Shown in pieces: positions 8,697-19,952 of a stretch of DNA of 64,000 bases. The first letter of the stretch is position 1. The number at the start of each line of letters is the position of its first letter. A program made the translations under genes and the position numbers. A model generated the notes under the pieces. The model saw only the letters and a list, made by a program, of their open reading frames with translations, did not search any database and was not told where the DNA came from. The stretch is from an uncultured Muribaculaceae bacterium. GTDB taxonomy: Bacteria; Bacteroidota; Bacteroidia; Bacteroidales; Muribaculaceae. Where the stretch lies: NCBI GenBank assembly GCA_947179295.1, contig CAMXAZ010000003.1:46630-110629 (forward strand), read 5' to 3'.

Positions 8697-9371
8697 ATGA
8701 AACAGCTCGTCATTTTCGACCTCGACGGAACTCTGCTTGACACCATATCCGATCTTGGTGCCGCAACCAATTATGCGCTCAGATCTTTCGGCTACCCCGA
8801 ACACAATCTCAACTCATACACAAAATTTGTCGGCAACGGAATCACACGCCTGATTGAGCGCTCACTGCCGGAAGACGACAAGACTCCGGAAACCGTAGCC
8901 AAAGTCCGTGAGAAATTCACCGAATATTACAACGAGCACAAAACCGATCTGACCAAACCCTATCCCGGCATTCCGGAGCTGCTTAAAGAACTTGAGTCAA
9001 TGGGGCTTAAGATGGCCGTTGCATCAAACAAATATCAGGCTGCAGTCGTATCTCTGATCCGACACTATTTCCCTGACATAAACTGGTGTGCTGTAGAAGG
9101 CCAGAAAGAAGGTGTGCCGACAAAGCCAGATCCTTCGATTGTTTTTGAAATCCTGGCCAAATGCCCTACCCGAAAGTCGAAAGTATTATATGTGGGCGAT
9201 TCCGGAGTCGATATGGAAACCGCGCGCAGGGCCTGTGTGGATTCATGCGGAGTAAGCTGGGGATTCCGATCAGTGAAAGAACTGCGCGACCACCACGCTG
9301 ACAACATCGTCAACACTCCGGATGAAATAATCACTGTGGCCAAGCGTCCAGGTCTGGAACTTGACAGCTGA
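8697..9371 (+). CDS. HAD-family hydrolase (phosphoglycolate phosphatase-like)
   Basis: MKQLVIFDLDGTLLDT (motif I DxDGT), ...VASNK..., ...YVGDSGVDMETA (motif IV). Confidence 0.85.
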   Translation: MKQLVIFDLDGTLLDTISDLGAATNYALRSFGYPEHNLNSYTKFVGNGITRLIERSLPEDDKTPETVAKVREKFTEYYNEHKTDLTKPYPGIPELLKELESMGLKMAVASNKYQAAVVSLIRHYFPDINWCAVEGQKEGVPTKPDPSIVFEILAKCPTRKSKVLYVGDSGVDMETARRACVDSCGVSWGFRSVKELRDHHADNIVNTPDEIITVAKRPGLELDS

Positions 9372-9431
9372 CAGATGCGGCAGCTCTCCACAATCAACAA
9401 ACCGCTCCCCCACTCTACCATTCCTACCGTC

Positions 9432-11576
9432 ATGAACACAAAATACATATTTCTTGCATGTCTGTTTCTTCTTCTGTCAGTCCGCAGCGCCGCGACCACC
9501 AAGGAGTCTCAGGAACAAATAGCCGACTCCCTCTACCTTTGCCTGTCTAAGGCTGAAACCCCGACAGACTCCCTCCGGATCATGGAGAATCTCTATGACG
9601 TGCTTCCACGAGCAAATGGTAATCAGCTTGGGCTGGAGCTATTCGATGTAGCCAACCGTGCAGGCGACAGCAGTGCCGCCCTCAACATACTCCGCCAGCT
9701 CGCCAACCGCTATCTGGCCAACGACTCCATGCTGATGGAGCTATACAACAAGACTCTCAGCTACCATGACGGTCCTGATCCGACAATTGACAGCCCATAC
9801 CGCGCCTCATCCGACGAGCTGAAAGAGACCCGCACTTTCCTGCGCTTTGCCCGAAACATACATCGAGCCAATCACGCATCAGAAGCCAAACGGCGTGAAC
9901 TGCTTCAAGAGCTGATTAATACGCATACCCTCAACCGGCCTGCCGATATATACGATCAGGCCGTATTGCTCCACTCCATCTGCACCATGCTCTCGCGCAC
10001 CGGTTCCGATGCCATGCTGACACGCTATGTCGATAAACTTGACTCCCTGATCCAGCAGCTGCCTGAATCAGCGATATCACTTCATAACGCCTATTACGTA
10101 CATGCCGCGCTGATCTACAGTCAGGCCGACCAGTTTGAAAAAGCATATCAATGTGACAGAAAGACACTGGAGTCAATCCGTCAGCTGGAAAAACAATACA
10201 AAGCCCGCGGGCGGAATTTCCGCAACTATGACTCCTCACGCTATGTCATCTATCAGCGGATATTGTCAAACTATTCAAAACTGAGCCAGCCCGAATTAGA
10301 AAAATACTATAAGCTCGCCATGCAGCTTGTGGCAAAAAATCCGGAGGTTGCAGAAACCAACAGAAATTACCCCGGACCACAGATTTTCTACAACATGGCG
10401 ATCAAGAACTATGCGGAAGCGTTGGAACACATAAAGCACTGCATCAATACACCCTATGTGACTGACAGTTCTTACCGGCTCATGCTTCTACTGCGCAATG
10501 AAATCGAGTGCGCCGAGGCTATCAATGACAAAGAGACATTGCTTGAAGCCTCGCGCCGCTACAACAAAAAACTCGAATCATATCTGAGTGAACGCCTCGA
10601 CGAGAAATACAAAGAACTGCAAGTCATTTATGACTCATATGAAATGCGCAACAGCTATGACAAACTGCAACTCGAAAAGCAGAATGCCGAAGCTGAAAGC
10701 ATGCATATAATCGTAGCGACTGCAGCTGTCGCAATATTCATATTGCTGATCTCCGTAGTGATTCTTTTCAGGCTCTATCGCAACAACCGGAAACTCGCCC
10801 GGACCCTTGACAAAAGCAACCGCGCACTGAGAGCCGAAAGCAGCCACCTTGAGAAATCAAAATCAGATCTGCTCAAGGCCCGCGATGAAGCCCAGAAAGC
10901 CAATTATATGAAAACCGACTTCATCAAGAACATGAGTTATGAAGTCAAGGCCCCGCTCAAAGCCATCAATGAATACTGCAAATTAATCACAGACTGCTCT
11001 GACGCCTCTAACAAGAAATATCTCGAACGCTTCTCTTCACTTGTGGAACTCAACAGCGAACTGTTGTCAACAATCATCAATGACGTGCTGCATATCTCTG
11101 AAATAGACAGCGAGTCTGTACCGGTCCACAACCGCCCGGTCGAACTGCGTCCGCTCTGCACTATGGTGCTTGACGGTGTGCGCCACCGCCTCAACCCTGA
11201 CGTAGCCCTCATGTTTGACACGGCTTCGCCTGACATATGCCTGTTCACCGATCCTCAACGCGTCCACCAGATATTGCTGAACCTACTCACTAACGCCGCT
11301 AAATTCACTCCGAAAGGCAGCATCACGCTCGCTTACAGCGTTGACAGCGAGAAAGAGACAGTAACATTCAGTGTGACAGATACAGGAATAGGCATAAAAG
11401 CCGATAAAAAAGACCTGATCTTCGAACGCTTTGTAAAACTCGACAAGGAAACACAGGGTGCAGGGCTTGGCCTGACCATCTCGCGCTTGCTTGCAAGAAT
11501 ACTTGGCGGCGACGTCATTCTTGACACAACTTACACCAAAGGAGCCCGCTTCCTGCTGATTTTGCCCCAAAAATAA
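9432..11576 (+). CDS. TPR-like sensor histidine-kinase-family protein with a degenerate H-box (His replaced by Tyr)
   Basis: ATG 9432 gives signal peptide MNTKYIFLACLFLLLSVRSA (the ORF track starts at 9375). About 420 aa of helical repeats, one TM (IIVATAAVAIFILLISVVILF), a coiled coil, a HisKA-like segment FIKNMSYEVKAPLKAINEY, and HATPase boxes NLLTNAAKFT / DTGIGI / IFERF / GAGLGLTIS. Confidence 0.85.
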   Translation: MNTKYIFLACLFLLLSVRSAATTKESQEQIADSLYLCLSKAETPTDSLRIMENLYDVLPRANGNQLGLELFDVANRAGDSSAALNILRQLANRYLANDSMLMELYNKTLSYHDGPDPTIDSPYRASSDELKETRTFLRFARNIHRANHASEAKRRELLQELINTHTLNRPADIYDQAVLLHSICTMLSRTGSDAMLTRYVDKLDSLIQQLPESAISLHNAYYVHAALIYSQADQFEKAYQCDRKTLESIRQLEKQYKARGRNFRNYDSSRYVIYQRILSNYSKLSQPELEKYYKLAMQLVAKNPEVAETNRNYPGPQIFYNMAIKNYAEALEHIKHCINTPYVTDSSYRLMLLLRNEIECAEAINDKETLLEASRRYNKKLESYLSERLDEKYKELQVIYDSYEMRNSYDKLQLEKQNAEAESMHIIVATAAVAIFILLISVVILFRLYRNNRKLARTLDKSNRALRAESSHLEKSKSDLLKARDEAQKANYMKTDFIKNMSYEVKAPLKAINEYCKLITDCSDASNKKYLERFSSLVELNSELLSTIINDVLHISEIDSESVPVHNRPVELRPLCTMVLDGVRHRLNPDVALMFDTASPDICLFTDPQRVHQILLNLLTNAAKFTPKGSITLAYSVDSEKETVTFSVTDTGIGIKADKKDLIFERFVKLDKETQGAGLGLTISRLLARILGGDVILDTTYTKGARFLLILPQK

Positions 11577-11640
11577 AGCCCTGAAAATACAATAAATTAT
11601 AATTAGCGTTTTGCGAGACTGAAAATCCGTCATTTTTTTG

Positions 11641-11648
11641 TAATTTTG
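11641..11648 (+). promoter_or_regulatory. -7 box TAATTTTG upstream of nrnA
   Basis: Exact match, with 8 nt between the box and ATG 11657. Confidence 0.55.
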
Positions 11649-11656
11649 CACCCATT

Positions 11657-12706
11657 ATGGCAGAATTCAAGAGACATTCACGTTTTCTCACAGAACTTGA
11701 TCCGGCGGTTGTCGACCGGGTCAAACAACTCGTATTGGCCTCTCGCAACATTGTCATCACTTGTCACGTTAGCCCCGACGGAGATGCCTTAGGCTCATCA
11801 TGCGCACTTTGGTTCGTCCTGAAGGCCCTTGGGAAAAATGCAACTGTGGTCACGGCAGACTGCGCTCCGCGTAGCCTGCAATTCCTGCCAGGAGTGCGCG
11901 ATATAGTTGCCGCAACCCGCAACGGTGACCGCGCCCACGAACTGATTGCCGATGCCGACCTCATCTTCTGTCTTGACTTCAATGACATCACACGGGTCGA
12001 CCGGCTGTCTGACTCCATAAGCAAATCTCAGGCAAAAAAGGTTGTGATCGACCACCATCTTGACCCTCGGATAGAAGGTGAGATAGTGATTTCACGCCCT
12101 GAAATATCTTCGACATCAGCCCTGCTTTATATCTTCATGTGGCAGGCTGGCTGGACACGTCATCTCACCCGAAACTCGGCCGCTTGCATCTATACCGGCA
12201 TGATGACCGATACCGGCAATTTCTCCTACAATTCAAATGATCCCGATCTCTATCTCATCATCCATGATCTGATGCGCAAAGGGATTGACAAAGACAATCT
12301 CTATAAACTCGTGATGAACACATCATCCGAATCAAGGATAAGGATCATGGGGTTCGCACAATACCGGATGCAGATTCTCCAGCCCCACCGGGCTGCTGTC
12401 ATCATGCTCAGCGAGGACGAGTTGAAAGAATTCGGCTATTCAAAAGGAGATACCGAAGGGCTTGTCAATGTCCCGCTTTCAATGCCTGAGGTCACCTACT
12501 CCGTGTTTCTGCGCGAAGATGCCAAAGACTGTGTGAAAGTTTCAATGCGCAGCAAGGGAGAGTTTTCAGTCAGCCGCATCTGCGAAGAGCATTTCGGAGG
12601 CGGAGGCCACACAAATGCCGCCGGAGGCGAATTCAATGGCCCTCTTGACAAAGCACTTCAGAAACTACTTGAAATTATTCCAACTTACGACAAATATCTT
12701 CAATGA
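11657..12706 (+). CDS. nrnA: DHH-family phosphoesterase (NrnA-type oligoribonuclease / pAp phosphatase)
   Basis: HVSPDGDALGSS (DHH motifs I/II), ...DHH..., C-terminal DHHA1 motif GGGGHTNAAGG. Confidence 0.85.
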   Translation: MAEFKRHSRFLTELDPAVVDRVKQLVLASRNIVITCHVSPDGDALGSSCALWFVLKALGKNATVVTADCAPRSLQFLPGVRDIVAATRNGDRAHELIADADLIFCLDFNDITRVDRLSDSISKSQAKKVVIDHHLDPRIEGEIVISRPEISSTSALLYIFMWQAGWTRHLTRNSAACIYTGMMTDTGNFSYNSNDPDLYLIIHDLMRKGIDKDNLYKLVMNTSSESRIRIMGFAQYRMQILQPHRAAVIMLSEDELKEFGYSKGDTEGLVNVPLSMPEVTYSVFLREDAKDCVKVSMRSKGEFSVSRICEEHFGGGGHTNAAGGEFNGPLDKALQKLLEIIPTYDKYLQ

Positions 12707-13386
12707 AAAAGTTAATCTTCCCGATATTCGCCATTATCGCACTTGCGTTTCTGACAAGCTCCTGCGATGATTCAAAAAGCTATGCCGAACTTCTCGCTGA
12801 TGAAAACTATGTAGTCAACGATTTTCTGGTACGCCACCACGTGGTCAATTACGTTCCGTCCGATTCCGTTTTCATTTCCCGCCGTGACATCGCAGAAAAA
12901 ATGTATGAGGAATCAGGCCAGACTTCTGCTGACGAGACCGCTTACGAACAGGCTATCGTAGAGATAATGGCTTCTCTTGAAAAAGACCCGTCAAAAGACG
13001 CGCCTTATTATCGGATTGACGATGACTCCAACGTCTACATGCAGGTCATTTCTGCCGGAACTGATGAAAAACCGAAGAAAGACGACCGCGTCTACTTCCG
13101 CTTCACCAGATACAATCTGTTTTACTATGTGGTGGGAGCTGACAACACACTCATCGGCTCCGGCAATGCGGACTCGATGAATTCCCAGTCAACATTTTTC
13201 CTTTTCGAAAATACAAGTGTGAGCGAGTCAACCCAATACGGAACAGGCATCCAGCGCCCGCTCTATTTCCTTGGTTACAACTCAAAGGTGAACATCGTCA
13301 TAAAATCGCAAGCCGGCCCGGAGAGCGATATGTCATACGTTGTCCCCTACCTCTACACTATCACTTATTATAAATCAATGATCTAA
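12703..13386 (+). CDS. small lipoprotein (probably DUF4827 family)
   Basis: MKKLIFPIFAIIALAFLTSSC lipobox. ATGA overlap with the nrnA stop. Conserved position between nrnA and glmM in Bacteroidales, from memory. Confidence 0.6.
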   Translation: MKKLIFPIFAIIALAFLTSSCDDSKSYAELLADENYVVNDFLVRHHVVNYVPSDSVFISRRDIAEKMYEESGQTSADETAYEQAIVEIMASLEKDPSKDAPYYRIDDDSNVYMQVISAGTDEKPKKDDRVYFRFTRYNLFYYVVGADNTLIGSGNADSMNSQSTFFLFENTSVSESTQYGTGIQRPLYFLGYNSKVNIVIKSQAGPESDMSYVVPYLYTITYYKSMI

Positions 13387-13394
13387 TCGCACTC

Positions 13395-14780
13395 ATGTCA
13401 CTCATCAAGAGCATTTCAGGAATCCGCGGTACAATCGGAGGAGCTCCCGGCACCGGCCTCTCTCCACTTGACATTGTAAAATTCACTGCCGCTTACGCAA
13501 CATTCATCGCAGCAAACACAAGCCGCACAAACCGCAATATTGTAGTCGGCCGCGACGCCCGCCTCAGCGGCAAGATGGTCAATGACATCGTTGTCGGCAC
13601 TCTGACCGCAATGGGTTTCGATGTGATCAACATCGGCCCGGCATCCACTCCGACAACTGAAATCGCGGTTGTCGCAGAAAAAGCCTGTGGCGGAATAATT
13701 CTTACCGCAAGCCACAATCCCAAACAGTGGAACGCGCTGAAACTTCTCAATGAAAACGGAGAATTTCTGAATGACGCGCAAGGCAAAGAGGTGCTCCGCA
13801 TAGCCGAAGAGGAAGCCTACTCTTTTGCGGAAGTCGATGACCTCGGTCATGAATACACCAACAATACATACAATCTCCGCCACATAGAGCAGGTGCTTGC
13901 ACTTGATCTTGTCGATGTAGAGGCCATCCGCAAAGCCAACTTCACAGTGGCTGTTGACGCTGTCAACTCTGTGGGCGGTGTGGTAATTCCCCAGCTTCTT
14001 CGCGCACTTGGCGTGAAAAACATCGTAGAACTCAATTGTGAGCCAAACGGCAAGTTCGCCCACACTCCGGAGCCCATTCCTCAGAATCTGACCGAGATCT
14101 CCGGGCTTATGGCCAAAGGCGTAGCTGATGTAGGTTTCGTTGTCGATCCTGACGTGGACCGCCTTGCAATTGTCATGGAAAACGGCGAAATGTTTGTCGA
14201 GGAATACACCCTTGTCTCAATCGCTGACTATGTGCTCGCCCACACTCCGGGTTCGACAGTCTCCAATCTCAGCTCTTCAAGAGCATTACGCGATGTTACC
14301 CGCCGTCACGGATGTGAATATTCCGCAGCGGCTGTCGGAGAAGTCAATGTAACCACAAAGATGAAAGAAACAGGCGCTGTCATCGGTGGCGAAGGCAACG
14401 GCGGTGTCATCTATCCCGCAGCACACTATGGCCGTGACGCATTGGTAGGCGTAGCCCTCTTCCTTACCCTCCTTGCAAAAAGCGGCAAGAAGGTGAGCGA
14501 GCTTAAGAAGACCTACCCCGCTTACGAGATCGCCAAAAACAAGATGGAACTCACCCCGGAAATCGACGTCGATGCAATCCTTGCTGCTGTCAAGGAAAAA
14601 TTCGCAGGAGAACAGATCACGGATATTGACGGCGTGAAGATTGACTTTGAGGATTCGTGGGTTCACCTGCGCAAGTCCAATACAGAACCGATCATCCGCA
14701 TCTACAGCGAAGCCGCCACAATGGCCGAGGCTGACGCTCTTGCCCAGAAGATCAAAGATGTAATCGCATCAATGATCTGA
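13395..14780 (+). CDS. glmM: phosphoglucosamine mutase
   Basis: MSLIKSISGIRGTIGG..., active-site TASHNP, DPDVDR metal-binding loop, 461 aa. Confidence 0.9.
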   Translation: MSLIKSISGIRGTIGGAPGTGLSPLDIVKFTAAYATFIAANTSRTNRNIVVGRDARLSGKMVNDIVVGTLTAMGFDVINIGPASTPTTEIAVVAEKACGGIILTASHNPKQWNALKLLNENGEFLNDAQGKEVLRIAEEEAYSFAEVDDLGHEYTNNTYNLRHIEQVLALDLVDVEAIRKANFTVAVDAVNSVGGVVIPQLLRALGVKNIVELNCEPNGKFAHTPEPIPQNLTEISGLMAKGVADVGFVVDPDVDRLAIVMENGEMFVEEYTLVSIADYVLAHTPGSTVSNLSSSRALRDVTRRHGCEYSAAAVGEVNVTTKMKETGAVIGGEGNGGVIYPAAHYGRDALVGVALFLTLLAKSGKKVSELKKTYPAYEIAKNKMELTPEIDVDAILAAVKEKFAGEQITDIDGVKIDFEDSWVHLRKSNTEPIIRIYSEAATMAEADALAQKIKDVIASMI

Positions 14781-14811
14781 TAAGGTAAAATTCCGACAAA
14801 TAACTGAAAAG

Positions 14812-14858
14812 GCAGACGGCTGCGCATCCCGATTTGGAAACGCAGCCGTCTGTTTTTA
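14812..14858. terminator. bidirectional intrinsic terminator between convergent glmM and proA
   Basis: gcagacggctgcg (14812-14824) pairs with cgcagccgtctg (14841-14852). Followed by ttttt on the + strand and by ccttttc on the - strand. Confidence 0.8.
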
Positions 14859-14870
14859 TATTTTGCACCA

Positions 14871-16124
14871 TCAAGGGCGCACCTGACCGTTACCGTTGAT
14901 CATATAGCGGTAAGTTGTGATCTCCCGCAATCCCATCGGACCACGCGGTCCGAGTTTCTGAGTGCTGATGCCAATCTCGGCTCCAAGTCCGAACTGCGCC
15001 CCATCGGTGAAACTGGTCGGAGCGTTGACATAGACACACGCCGCATCGACCTCCTGCTGGAATCGGTCGGCCGCCTTGCTGTCCTCGGTTATTATGCACT
15101 CGCTGTGCCCGGAGCCATAGACGGCAATATGACTGATAGCCTCGTCGAGATCGGCAACTGTTCTGACACCCATCTTATAGTCCATCCACTCGGTAGCATA
15201 AGTATCACCGTCGGCCGGCGACAGCAAGGATTCGGGATAGAATCCGCGCAAAACAGACATTGACTCGGCATCGGCATATATATGTACATTCTTCAATGCA
15301 AGGCGTTCACACAAAGCCGGAAGATCTGAAAGACGGTTGCGGTGAATAATCAGAGTGTCAAGCGCATTGCACACGCTCACACGGCGCGTCTTGGCATTGG
15401 CAATTATATCACACCCCTTTTTGAGATCGCCGGATTCATCAAAATAGGCACTGACCACCCCTGCACCGGTCTCAATCACAGGCACACGCGCGTTATCACG
15501 GACAAAATCTATCAGTCGGCGCCCTCCGCGTGGAATGCAGACATCCACATAGCCGACAGCATTCAGCAAAGCGCCGGTAGCATCATGGGTAGACGGAAGA
15601 AGCGATATTACATCAGGGGAAATATTATTGTCAGACAGCACTCTATGGATCATGGAGACTATGGCTTCATTGGAATTTTCAGCATCTCTGCCCCCTTTAA
15701 GCACACAGGCATTCCCGCTTTTGAAGCATAGCGCGAAGACATCGAATGTGACATTGGGTCTGGCTTCATAGATCACACCTATCACACCGAACGGCACACG
15801 CACACGCCGTATAAGCAAACCGTTCGGAAGTGTGCGCCGCTCTATTTCCTCGCCAAGCGGAGATGTGAGTGATGCGACATGCCGCATATCAGACGCTATG
15901 GCATCGAGCCTTTCAGTAGTAAGCTGCAGGCGGTCATAGAGTGGATTAGACATGTCCATCAGGTCAAGATCTTTCTGATTGGCAGCAAGAAGCGGTTCCC
16001 GGCGAGCCTCAATCTCATCTGCAATCTTGCATAAGATCTCAGACCGCTCCCGGTCAGTCAGTGACTGAATTGTCCGTGACGCAATTTTCACACGGCGGAA
16101 TATTTCATTATAATCTTCTGTCAT
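14871..16124 (-). CDS. proA: glutamate-5-semialdehyde dehydrogenase
   Basis: 417 aa; ...VIGVIYEARPNVT..., ...GSGHSECIITED..., adjacent to proB and proC. Confidence 0.93.
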   Translation of the reverse strand: MTEDYNEIFRRVKIASRTIQSLTDRERSEILCKIADEIEARREPLLAANQKDLDLMDMSNPLYDRLQLTTERLDAIASDMRHVASLTSPLGEEIERRTLPNGLLIRRVRVPFGVIGVIYEARPNVTFDVFALCFKSGNACVLKGGRDAENSNEAIVSMIHRVLSDNNISPDVISLLPSTHDATGALLNAVGYVDVCIPRGGRRLIDFVRDNARVPVIETGAGVVSAYFDESGDLKKGCDIIANAKTRRVSVCNALDTLIIHRNRLSDLPALCERLALKNVHIYADAESMSVLRGFYPESLLSPADGDTYATEWMDYKMGVRTVADLDEAISHIAVYGSGHSECIITEDSKAADRFQQEVDAACVYVNAPTSFTDGAQFGLGAEIGISTQKLGPRGPMGLREITTYRYMINGNGQVRP

Positions 16125-16172
16125 AAGTATCTATTATGTAAACAATAAAACTATGTCCGGATATCAGCCCGG

Positions 16173-17264
16173 TCATTCAATAAAAAGATAGTCATAATGG
16201 ACAAGCGGTCTGCCACCACGAAGGCCTATCATTTTCTTTGCTTCAGAGCCGGACACGGCAGCACGTCCATAACCTATTGTCTCTCCGGCTTCAGTCAGCA
16301 AGGCCACGATGTCGCCTTCCTCCCAGTCACCGTCTGCCGACACGGCTCCGACAGGAAGCAGGCTGACAGCCTTGTCGCTCCGCAGAATCGAAGCAGCCTT
16401 GTCGTCAACACGGATAACGCCCTTGGCAAAACTTCCGCTATGAGCGATCCAGCGCTTGATATTGCTGACGGTCTGCGGACAAGCTTCGAATTCGGTGTGA
16501 GGAACAGTCTGCGGACGGCAGATCAGATCCACAAGTACATCAGCTCTATCTCCGCGGGCTATATAAACCGTAACACCTTCCTCGGAAAGTTTACGGGCTA
16601 TGCCACACTTCGTCCCCATGCCGCCACGGCCAAAACCGCTTTTAGAGGAAACGACACAGGAACTAAGATCTGTTCCGGCAGCAACCTTTTCAATCAGTCT
16701 GGACGCAGGATCTGAAGGAGCGCCGTCATAGATGCCATCAACGTTTGATAGAATTATCAGCACGTCGGCACCCATCATTGCCGCAATCAGCCCCGAAAGT
16801 TCGTCATTGTCGGTAAACATCAGTTCGGTCAGAGACGCCGTGTCATTTTCATTGACAATCGGTATGACTCCGTTTTCCAACATTGTCTGCATACATGCGC
16901 GCTGATTGAGATATGACTCACGCGAGCCGAAATTTTCCTTCTGCGTGAGCACCTGCCCCACCACATAGCCATATTCCGCAAAAAGACTGTTGTAAAGATT
17001 TATCAGACGTATCTGCCCTATCGAGGAATAAAGCTGACGCTGGGCCACTGCGTCAAGCTGACGCTGCGGTTTCAACACGCCGCGGCCACAGGCCACCGCT
17101 CCGCTGGAAACGAGTATGACTTCATGACCGAGACCGCGCAAAGCCGCGATCTGATCTACGAGCGACGAGAGGTTTGTAACATTCGGCTTGCCGTCGGAGC
17201 GTGTCAGCACGTTGCTACCAACCTTGACCACAATCCGGCGCGCATCTGCAATATCTGTACTCAT
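16173..17264 (-). CDS. proB: glutamate 5-kinase (with C-terminal PUA domain)
   Basis: RIVVKVGSNVLT..., ...VILVSSGAV..., NENDT motif, C-terminal PUA-like region; 363 aa. Confidence 0.93.
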   Translation of the reverse strand: MSTDIADARRIVVKVGSNVLTRSDGKPNVTNLSSLVDQIAALRGLGHEVILVSSGAVACGRGVLKPQRQLDAVAQRQLYSSIGQIRLINLYNSLFAEYGYVVGQVLTQKENFGSRESYLNQRACMQTMLENGVIPIVNENDTASLTELMFTDNDELSGLIAAMMGADVLIILSNVDGIYDGAPSDPASRLIEKVAAGTDLSSCVVSSKSGFGRGGMGTKCGIARKLSEEGVTVYIARGDRADVLVDLICRPQTVPHTEFEACPQTVSNIKRWIAHSGSFAKGVIRVDDKAASILRSDKAVSLLPVGAVSADGDWEEGDIVALLTEAGETIGYGRAAVSGSEAKKMIGLRGGRPLVHYDYLFIE

Positions 17265-17285
17265 TGAATAAAGATTTTTCGTTTT

Positions 17286-18065
17286 TCATTTCACACAGGC
17301 TTTCAGCCCTCTGATCACAGAAGATGTAAACCCGGCATGTTCCATTTCATTCAGCCCGCGGATTGTCAGTCCACCGGGAGTAGTGACTTTGTCAATCTCA
17401 CTTTCCGGATGTGAACCGGGGCGCTGGAGCAAGGCCACAGCCCCCTTGAGTGTCTCAAGAACGATCTGCTGCGCCTGTGAAGCTTTAAAGCCGAGTTCTA
17501 CCCCACCTTCAACAGACGCCCTGACATAGCGCATGGCATAAGCGATACCGCATGAAGCCAAAGCTGTCGCCGCAGGCAGGCGGGATTCATCAATCACCAT
17601 TGAAATGCCAAGATTATTGAATATGCCTTCCACTCCGCTTACCGCTGCGTCACCGGCATGGACCGGAACTATAAAGGTCATTGACGATCCGACTTCCATT
17701 GCAGTATTCGGCATGACAATCATAAGCTGAGGCAATTCGGAATCCCTCAAAAACCATTCACTCAATTGCTTGCCTGGCACACCGGCCACAATTGCCGCTA
17801 CAGTCTGACGGCTATAATCAAGAACAGGCCTGATTTCAGCGATAACCGACTCAATTATCCACGGCTTTACGGCAAGGATGACGACATCCGCATCGCGCAC
17901 AGCCACTGTGTTGTCTGACGTAACCGCAATGCCCATCTCCTTTAACGGCTTCAGAGGACCGGCCGAAGGATTTGACACCGTAATTTCATAATCACACCCG
18001 GCGGCACATAGTCCTGAAGCTACAGCTCCACCCATTGCACCGGCACCTATTACAGCGATTTTCAT
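17286..18065 (-). CDS. proC: pyrroline-5-carboxylate reductase
   Basis: MKIAVIGAGAMGGAV Rossmann start (the ORF-track start at 18077 adds MHFN), C-terminal ...VTTPGGLTIRGL.... Confidence 0.9.
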   Translation of the reverse strand: MKIAVIGAGAMGGAVASGLCAAGCDYEITVSNPSAGPLKPLKEMGIAVTSDNTVAVRDADVVILAVKPWIIESVIAEIRPVLDYSRQTVAAIVAGVPGKQLSEWFLRDSELPQLMIVMPNTAMEVGSSMTFIVPVHAGDAAVSGVEGIFNNLGISMVIDESRLPAATALASCGIAYAMRYVRASVEGGVELGFKASQAQQIVLETLKGAVALLQRPGSHPESEIDKVTTPGGLTIRGLNEMEHAGFTSSVIRGLKACVK

Positions 18066-18186
18066 ATTGAAATGCATTTTTAGAGGTTTTTAATGACAAC
18101 CTCTTAACGTTAAGGACTCTGGAACAGATCCGACGAGGTCGTATCTCGACAATCATGACATGCCACTGACCGGCACATCCATAATG

Positions 18187-18194
18187 CAAAAGTA
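18187..18194 (-). promoter_or_regulatory. -7 box TACTTTTG upstream of proC (proCBA operon)
   Basis: Exact match on the minus strand, about 110-120 nt upstream of the proC start. Confidence 0.5.
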
Positions 18195-18258
18195 AATAAT
18201 ATTGGTGAAAGCACAAATATTTTTGGCCGGACATTATAAGTTGAATGGAAAATTTTGA

Positions 18259-19770
<1,512 letters not shown>

Positions 19771-19797
19771 ACGACATTATCCTTGCAAAAAACAACA

Positions 19798-19839
19798 CTC
19801 CGGCAACAGGTTTATAGATCCTTTTGCCGGAGTTTTTTT
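19798..19839 (+). terminator. intrinsic terminator of guaB
   Basis: 13-bp stem with one mismatch (ctccggcaacagg / ccttttgccggag) followed by ttttttt (19833-19839). Confidence 0.85.
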
Positions 19840-19952
19840 AGGCCAGGCCAACCTCCGGATATGCAATAATCACGCCTGATATCCGTTACTTAAAAGTACT
19901 ACACAATATAACCGGTGCATACTACATAGTATCTGACCTATAATCAAACGCA

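Noticed and set aside
18078-18186. A proC leader of about 110 nt with the hairpin agaggtt-9 nt-aacctct just before the start codon. This could be a proline attenuator or riboswitch.
   Set aside because: The hairpin is followed by A residues, not a U-tract. The only small leader ORF (MDVPVSGMS) has no Pro run, and I recognise no riboswitch consensus. More likely it is ordinary 5' UTR structure.
19855-19885. Inverted repeat cggatat-16 nt-atatccg between the guaB terminator and the PPIase gene.
   Set aside because: The stem is a short 7-bp AT-rich pairing with a large loop, and there is no associated U-tract or promoter box. It is indistinguishable from chance.
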